A stretch of DNA of 64,000 nt, taken from a bacterium. Lineage in GTDB: Bacteria > Zhuqueibacterota > Zhuqueibacteria > Oceanimicrobiales > Oceanimicrobiaceae. The notes below the pieces were generated by a model. That model saw only the letters and a list, made by a program, of their open reading frames with translations. It made no database searches and had not been told where the DNA came from. Location: NCBI GenBank assembly GCA_037446635.1, contig JBBIIG010000002.1, forward strand, positions 175,962-239,961, in the 5' to 3' direction. Below are positions 58,535 through 64,000 of this stretch, piece after piece; the stretch's first letter is position 1, and each line of letters begins with the position of its first letter. The translations under genes were made by a program, and so were the position numbers.

Positions 58535-58996
58535 TTATTTTTTGGCGTAGATTTCTTTAAACTTTTCGAGCAGCAATTGCTTGTTGGCTTTGGAGATTTG
58601 ACGGCCTTGGATGGGAAAATTAGCGACATCACGCGCCAGCCGGCGCAATTGCCGCACCGGTAAATTTTCCAGCTCGGCGAGGGTTTTAGGCGGGCTCGGC
58701 GGGCGCCTTATGGTCTCTCCCGCATCCTCGTAGATGAGATATTCGGTGTCATCGTGCGGCCGCGGGATCACGTGCACCGAAATCAACTCGCCGACCTTTT
58801 TTGCCGCCGCCGCGCCGGCATCGACGGCCGATTTCACTGCGCCCACTTCGCCCACCACTTTGACGGTCATCAGCGCGGCATCGGTTTTTTCTGCGCCCAT
58901 GAGCTTGACGTTGGCCGCTTTCACCATGGCATCCGCGGCTTCGATGGCGCCAACCAGCCCCCGGGTTTCAATCAATCCCAGCGCCCGTTCATTCAT
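58535..58996 (-). CDS. Bacterial microcompartment hexamer (BMC-H) shell protein with C-terminal extension
   Basis: [26 protein letters not shown]...VHVIPRPH plus an approximately 60-aa tail. Confidence 0.92.
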   Translation of the reverse strand: MNERALGLIETRGLVGAIEAADAMVKAANVKLMGAEKTDAALMTVKVVGEVGAVKSAVDAGAAAAKKVGELISVHVIPRPHDDTEYLIYEDAGETIRRPPSPPKTLAELENLPVRQLRRLARDVANFPIQGRQISKANKQLLLEKFKEIYAKK

Positions 58997-59022
58997 AATG
59001 AAAATTTCGTTTGAAAGGAAAG

Positions 59023-59313
59023 TTACTGCTCTAAATCTTCCCGCTTGGGTAAAATCATCTCCACTTCACTGTGAGGACGCGGAATGACGTGTACCGAAAC
59101 CAGCTCGCCCACTTTTTCCGCGGCCGCCGCGCCGGCATCGGTGGCTGCTTTGACGGCGCCAACGTCACCGCGCACCATCACCGTCACATAACCGCCGCCA
59201 ATTTTTTCTTTGCCAATCAGGCTCACCTTCGCCGCTTTTACCATGGCGTCGGCCGCTTCGATGGCGCCCACCAACCCTCTGGTTTCAATCATACCTAAAG
59301 CATCTAAGCTCAT
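59023..59313 (-). CDS. Bacterial microcompartment hexamer (BMC-H) shell protein, EutM/PduA-like
   Basis: [24 protein letters not shown]...[15 protein letters not shown]...VHVIPRPH. Confidence 0.95.
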   Translation of the reverse strand: MSLDALGMIETRGLVGAIEAADAMVKAAKVSLIGKEKIGGGYVTVMVRGDVGAVKAATDAGAAAAEKVGELVSVHVIPRPHSEVEMILPKREDLEQ

Positions 59314-59481
59314 AGGCCGGCTCTCCTTCCTTAAAAATTTGCTGGGATTGTCAGGGTTCAAAAATGCGGTAAAAAAATAATAAATCTCGACGCGATTGTC
59401 AATACATTTTTCGTAACTCTCTATTTTTCTTTGATTATCAATTTCATTGCATTTTAGATCTTAAATGCTATTTTTCTGCTC

Positions 59482-60222
59482 ATGGAGCGCGTCTATTTCA
59501 TTTCCGATGTTCACTTGGGGGCACGCACCGGGGAGCACGAAGCGCGCAAAGTCGAAAATTTAACGTCGTTTCTAAAGGCGATTTCCGGATGGGCGGACGT
59601 GCTTTACATTGTCGGCGACCTGTTCGATTTCTGGTTCGAGTACCGTCACGCCATTCCTAAGATCAATCTTAACGTGATGTTCCACCTTCAGCAATTTTTG
59701 CACGCCGGCAGCAAATTGATTTACCTGGCCGGCAATCACGATTTGTGGCTGGAGCGCTATTTCGACGAGCAGCTCGGCATCACGGTGCATCATGGGCCGC
59801 TCACCGCTACTCACAATTCACTGCGGCTTTTTATCGCTCACGGCGACGGGCTGGTCAGAAACGATCTGCGCCTGCGATTGCTAAATCGTATTTTTCATAA
59901 TCGGGTCAATATTTTTTTGTACAGACTCATTCACCCCGACTTCGGAATTCCGCTGGCAAAATTTGTAGCGAACAAAAGCCGTGAACGGGGAGAAAACCCT
60001 TATGGCGCGGACTACCGCGAATTCGCGCGCAGCCAGTTCCGCGAAAATTTCGACGCGGTGATTTTGGCGCACACTCACCAGCCGCTGTTCGAGCGTATCG
60101 ATTCCAAATATTATATCAATTTGGGCGATTGGATGAGCCATTTCACTTATCTCGAAATGATTGGCGACAATTTGAATTTGAAATCGTGGCCCGACGAGCC
60201 GCCCGGGAAATTTAACTGTTAA
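59482..60222 (+). CDS. lpxH: UDP-2,3-diacylglucosamine diphosphatase (metallophosphoesterase)
   Basis: FISDVHLG, GDLFDFW, GNHD, HGD, AHTH, NLGDW. Confidence 0.85.
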   Translation: MERVYFISDVHLGARTGEHEARKVENLTSFLKAISGWADVLYIVGDLFDFWFEYRHAIPKINLNVMFHLQQFLHAGSKLIYLAGNHDLWLERYFDEQLGITVHHGPLTATHNSLRLFIAHGDGLVRNDLRLRLLNRIFHNRVNIFLYRLIHPDFGIPLAKFVANKSRERGENPYGADYREFARSQFRENFDAVILAHTHQPLFERIDSKYYINLGDWMSHFTYLEMIGDNLNLKSWPDEPPGKFNC

Positions 60223-60239
60223 GGAGGTGCTGGTTCGAT

Positions 60240-60349
60240 GGGACTGCTTCGGCCCGCCTGCCTGTCCGCTTGGCGGATCCGCTTCGGCGGAAGGCCTCTG
60301 GCGGGCAGGCGAAGAACGCCTCGCGCTGTTCGGCGAGTCGAAGCAATCT
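60240..60349. repeat. Nested palindromic element
   Basis: Outer GACTGCTTCG...CGAAGCAATCT, inner GCCTGCCTG...CGGGCAGGC, innermost TCCGCTTGGCGGA and TCCGCTTCGGCGGA. Confidence 0.65.
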
Positions 60350-60438
60350 TATAGGACTAAAATGACGTCAGTCATCAAAGCTCGAAACTAAATCAATCGG
60401 GATCGGTTTAACAGATCGATCCAAAAAATTCACATCAA

Positions 60439-62652
60439 ATGAAGAGAAGGTTCAGAGAAATGGAAAGCGATTTTTTAACGCCTTCGCTGTGGGAAAGAAT
60501 CAGAAATTTTATCCGAACCAGAAAGCTGGCGGCGTCCCTCATTGTCGTCGGCTTGGTTTTTCTCACCGGCGTTATTTATCTGATCGTGATCACCCGCGAT
60601 CTGCCCTCGCTGGCGCAATTGGAAAGTTATCGGCCCAAACTGGCGTCAAAAGTCTATTCGGCGGACATGAAAATCATCTATGAATATTTTGAAGAAAAGC
60701 GCAGCTTCATCCCCCTCGAGGAGATGCCGGACGCCCTGATCAAAGCCGTCATCGCCACCGAAGACCGGCGCTTTTACGATCATTGGGGCATGAACTTGCG
60801 GCGGTTTGCGCAAGCCGCCGTCATCAACGCCGTTAGTTTCAAATTCAAGCAGGGCGCCAGCACCCTCACCCAGCAATTGGCGCGGCAGCTTTACCTCACC
60901 CTCGACAAAACCATCACCCGCAAAGTCAAAGAAATGATCACCGCCATTCAGATCGAACGCACCTACACCAAAGACGAAATTCTCGAAATGTATCTTAATC
61001 ACATGAATTTCGGCCACGGCGCTTACGGCGTGCAATCGGCGGCGTTAAAATATTTTGGCAAAGACGCCAGCGAGCTCACGCCGGACGAAAGCGCCATGCT
61101 GATTGGCCTGCTGCCGGCGCCCGCCCACTATACGCCGTTGAAATATCCCGAGCGCGCGCAGTTCCGCCGCAACGTTGTGCTCGCTTGCATGCGCGAAATG
61201 AAGTTCATCACCCAGGAAGAGTACGCCGATCTGACTCAAAAGCCGATCAAGGTTTTGGATTACAACGCCGCCTCCACCGCCTACGGCCTGGCGCCCTACT
61301 TCACCGAGTACATCCGGCAAATCTTGCAGGAAAAATACGGCTACAACCTCTACACCGACGGCCTGTCGATTTATACCACGCTCGATTCGCGGGCGCAGGC
61401 CTGCGCCGAGCGCGCGGTGCAAGCGCATCTCAAAGATATGCAAATCCGAATGCACGAGGTCTATTCGAAGAAAAAACTGTTCAGCGATTTGCTGGGTGCT
61501 GAGTTTCTGAAAGACAAGAAGGTGGATCAACTTCTCAAAAATAAAGCGTTGGTGGACTCGCTGATTGACGCCAAAGCGCCGGTGCAGGCGGCGCTCATTT
61601 CCATCGACCCACGCAACGGCCACATTCTCGCTTGGGTGGGCGGCCGCGACTTCACCGAGTCCAAATACAACCGCGTGGTGCAGGCGCGGCGGCAGCCGGG
61701 ATCGGCGTTCAAACCGTTTGTTTACACCGTGGCCATCGATAACGGCTATCCCACCACCACCGAGGTTCTCAACCAGCCGGTGGTGCTGATGTTGGAAAAC
61801 GGCGAACGCTGGTCCCCGCAAAATTATGATCTTTCCATTGGCGGGCCCACCACTTTCCGCGAGGCGCTGCGCCGCTCGCTGAACCTGGTGACCGTGCGGG
61901 TTTTGCAGAGCGTGATTCAAAAGCCAAGTTTGGTGGTGGAGTACGCCCGCAAAATGGGCATCAAGTCGCCGCTGCAGCCGGTGGACGCGTTGGCGCTGGG
62001 GGCCTCGGATGTCACGCCGCTGGAAATCACCTCGGCGTTTGGGGTTTTTGCTAACGGCGGCGTGCGGGTGGAACCTCTGGCCATCCTGCGCATCGAAGAT
62101 AAAAACGGCAACGTCATCGAACAGAATACCCCCGTGAGCCAGGAGGTGCTGCGCAAAGAGACGGCGTACATCATGACCGACTTGCTCAAAACCGTGATCA
62201 ACCAGGGCACCGGCGCTGGCGCGCGCTCGCGCTACAATTTCTATCGCGCCGCCGGCGGCAAAACCGGCACCACCAACGATTTCAGCGACGCCTGGTTTAT
62301 CGGTTTCACCCCGCAAATCGTCACCGGCGTGTGGGTGGGTTTGGATGATTTCCGCTTCAACCTCGGCAAAGGCTCGGACGGCGCCAAAACCGCGCTGCCC
62401 ATCTGGGCGCCCTACATGAAATGCGCCCACGATACGCTCGGACTACCGGAACTGGATTTTCCCATGCCCGAGGGAGTGGTACGGTTGGAGATTTGCGGCG
62501 ACACCAAAAAATTAGCGAACGATTTCTGCCCCAACATTTTGAATGAAGTTTTCGAAGCGCGCTACGCCCCCACGGAGCGCTGCGATCAGCACGGCGGAAT
62601 GACCCGCGATCGTAACCGGCGGGATAAGAATAAAGAGAGAGTGCGGTTTTGA
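60439..62652 (+). CDS. Class A penicillin-binding protein (PBP1A family)
   Basis: Transglycosylase motifs EDRRFYDHWG and QGASTLTQQL; transpeptidase motifs SAFK, SLN and KTGT. Confidence 0.93.
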   Translation: MKRRFREMESDFLTPSLWERIRNFIRTRKLAASLIVVGLVFLTGVIYLIVITRDLPSLAQLESYRPKLASKVYSADMKIIYEYFEEKRSFIPLEEMPDALIKAVIATEDRRFYDHWGMNLRRFAQAAVINAVSFKFKQGASTLTQQLARQLYLTLDKTITRKVKEMITAIQIERTYTKDEILEMYLNHMNFGHGAYGVQSAALKYFGKDASELTPDESAMLIGLLPAPAHYTPLKYPERAQFRRNVVLACMREMKFITQEEYADLTQKPIKVLDYNAASTAYGLAPYFTEYIRQILQEKYGYNLYTDGLSIYTTLDSRAQACAERAVQAHLKDMQIRMHEVYSKKKLFSDLLGAEFLKDKKVDQLLKNKALVDSLIDAKAPVQAALISIDPRNGHILAWVGGRDFTESKYNRVVQARRQPGSAFKPFVYTVAIDNGYPTTTEVLNQPVVLMLENGERWSPQNYDLSIGGPTTFREALRRSLNLVTVRVLQSVIQKPSLVVEYARKMGIKSPLQPVDALALGASDVTPLEITSAFGVFANGGVRVEPLAILRIEDKNGNVIEQNTPVSQEVLRKETAYIMTDLLKTVINQGTGAGARSRYNFYRAAGGKTGTTNDFSDAWFIGFTPQIVTGVWVGLDDFRFNLGKGSDGAKTALPIWAPYMKCAHDTLGLPELDFPMPEGVVRLEICGDTKKLANDFCPNILNEVFEARYAPTERCDQHGGMTRDRNRRDKNKERVRF

Positions 62653-62676
62653 AGAAACAAACCCAAAAGGTTGCCT

Positions 62677-62756
62677 GTCATTGCCTGCCTGCGCAGGCAG
62701 GCGAGCGAAGCGAAGCAATCTCCTAATTCTGTGCGCAAATCGTGGGATTGCTTGGG
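62677..62756. repeat. GTCATTGCGAG...AAGCAATC-type REP interrupted by an 18-bp palindrome
   Basis: GTCATTG [CCTGCCTGCGCAGGCAGG] CGAGCGAAGCGAAGCAATCT...GGATTGCTT. Confidence 0.65.
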
Positions 62757-62760
62757 CTGT

Positions 62761-64000
62761 TCACCCCACCAAAATTAATCTCAAATCCATCACATTGGTG
62801 TTGGTGGGACCGGTGATCACCAAATCGCCCAATTGTTTGAAAAAAGGATAAGCGTTATTTTGGTTGAGGTGTTCGAGCGCATTCAAACCGGCGGCTTGTG
62901 CTCGCGCCCGCGTTTGGCCGTCGCCGATGGCGCCGGCAGCGTCGGTGGGGCCGTCGCTGCCGTCGGTGCCGGCGCTGAAAATAACGGTGTTCTCTAAACC
63001 CGCGATCTCCAGCGCCGCCGCCAGCACAAACTCCTGATTGCGCCCGCCCATGCCGGTTCCGCGCAGCGTCACCGTGGTTTCACCCCCGGAGATCACGCAC
63101 GCCGGCCGCGACAGCGGGTGGCCGCTGCGGACGATCTCTTTCGCAATCGCCGCGTGCACCCGCGCCACCTCGCGGGTTTCCCCTTCAATGGACGACGATA
63201 AAATCAAAGTATGATACCCTAAATTTTTCGCCGCCGCTTCCGCCGCCAACAGAGCCAAACCGTTGCTGCCCACCACCACATTCCGCACCTTTGAAAAAAT
63301 GGCGTCGCCGTTTTTGGGCGTCTCGGGAATCTCGCCGCGCACGCCTTTAAGAATCCGCGCGGTCACAGATTTTGACAGCCCCCCTTTGAAGGAGGATTCA
63401 GGGGGATGTCCCTCGAGCGTGTATTTTGGCAACCCCTCCCAAAGCCCGTAGCGCCGCAAAATGTTTTGCACATCCTGAAACGTCGAGGGGTCCGGGACTG
63501 TTGGGCCGGAGGCGATGACATCAAGCTGATCGCCCACCACATCGGAAAGGATGAGCGCGATCACCGCGGCCGGGTAAGCGAGCCGCGCTAATTGCCCACC
63601 TTTGATCTGCGAAAGGTGTTTGCGCACCGCGTTCATCTCGTGGATGGTGGCGCCGCAGGCGAGCAATTGTTTGGTGAGCTCCTGTTTCTCGCTTAACGAA
63701 ATCCCCTCCGCCGGCAGCGGCAGCAGCGCCGAACCGCCGCCGGAGAGCAAACAAAAAATCAGATCGCGTTCGCCCGCGGATTTCAAAAGTTGCACGATGT
63801 GCCGAGCGCCGTTCAAACCCGCCTCGTCCGGCAGCGGGTGGCCGGCTTCGTTGAGTTTGATTTTTTGCAGCGGCGCCACGTGTCCGTACTTCACATTGAT
63901 CAAACCATCGGAGATGCAATCGTCTAAAATTTGCTCCACCGCTTGGGCCATGGCGGCGCTGGCCTTGCCGGCGCCCACCACTAAAATCCGCTTATAGTTT
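62761..64000 (-). CDS. Glycerate 2-kinase (GckA/TtuD, MOFRL family), N-terminus beyond the window
   Basis: VGAGKAS, AGHPLPD, LSGGGSALL, SGGETTV, GGRNQE, GTDGSDG, TGPTNTNVMD. Confidence 0.92.
   Translation of the reverse strand, partial: NYKRILVVGAGKASAAMAQAVEQILDDCISDGLINVKYGHVAPLQKIKLNEAGHPLPDEAGLNGARHIVQLLKSAGERDLIFCLLSGGGSALLPLPAEGISLSEKQELTKQLLACGATIHEMNAVRKHLSQIKGGQLARLAYPAAVIALILSDVVGDQLDVIASGPTVPDPSTFQDVQNILRRYGLWEGLPKYTLEGHPPESSFKGGLSKSVTARILKGVRGEIPETPKNGDAIFSKVRNVVVGSNGLALLAAEAAAKNLGYHTLILSSSIEGETREVARVHAAIAKEIVRSGHPLSRPACVISGGETTVTLRGTGMGGRNQEFVLAAALEIAGLENTVIFSAGTDGSDGPTDAAGAIGDGQTRARAQAAGLNALEHLNQNNAYPFFKQLGDLVITGPTNTNVMDLRLILVG

Noticed and set aside
61045..62430. Long antisense ORFs (461 aa here; also 723-1742, 2157-3116, 5416-6462, 21892-22911, 53770-54681, 55380-56492)
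   Set aside because: They are shadow frames of well-supported genes in GC-rich, codon-biased DNA and show no recognisable motifs.

Overview
Bacterial chromosomal window of mostly housekeeping genes. The gene set (lpxH, lspA, fused Bacteroidetes-type 2-oxoacid dehydrogenase E1, spoVG, ssb with an MPDIN-type N-terminus) suggests a diderm FCB-group organism such as KSB1 or Calditrichota; this is inference. Main blocks: nrnA / histidine kinase / polyprenyl synthase / apbE / uxs / rsfS / argS; alkA-ogt; xdhC-lspA-Nramp-E1-dedA-arfB; two glycosyltransferases and a flippase; a REP-associated tyrosine transposase (RAYT) embedded in GTAG-REP palindromes next to thyA-folA; lysC; selB, three tiny membrane ORFs, a selenocysteine-containing selD and adenosine deaminase; a tightly coupled RadC-N-only / Type IIG restriction-modification / 128-aa cassette; efp; a long minus-strand run of two BMC-H shell genes, ispE, spoVG, tRNA-Gln, prs, rplY, pth, hppA, rpsF, ssb, rpsR, rplI; then lpxH, PBP1A and glycerate kinase. 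Intergenic space holds several families of small palindromic or periodic-repeat elements, some nested and one inserted in frame in a gene. Relics of an Avd-like gene and toxin-antitoxin genes are present. Four single-base homopolymer indels in accessory ORFs suggest long-read assembly errors. No CRISPR array, rRNA, reverse transcriptase or prophage was seen. All calls are from motif recognition only; no database searches were run.
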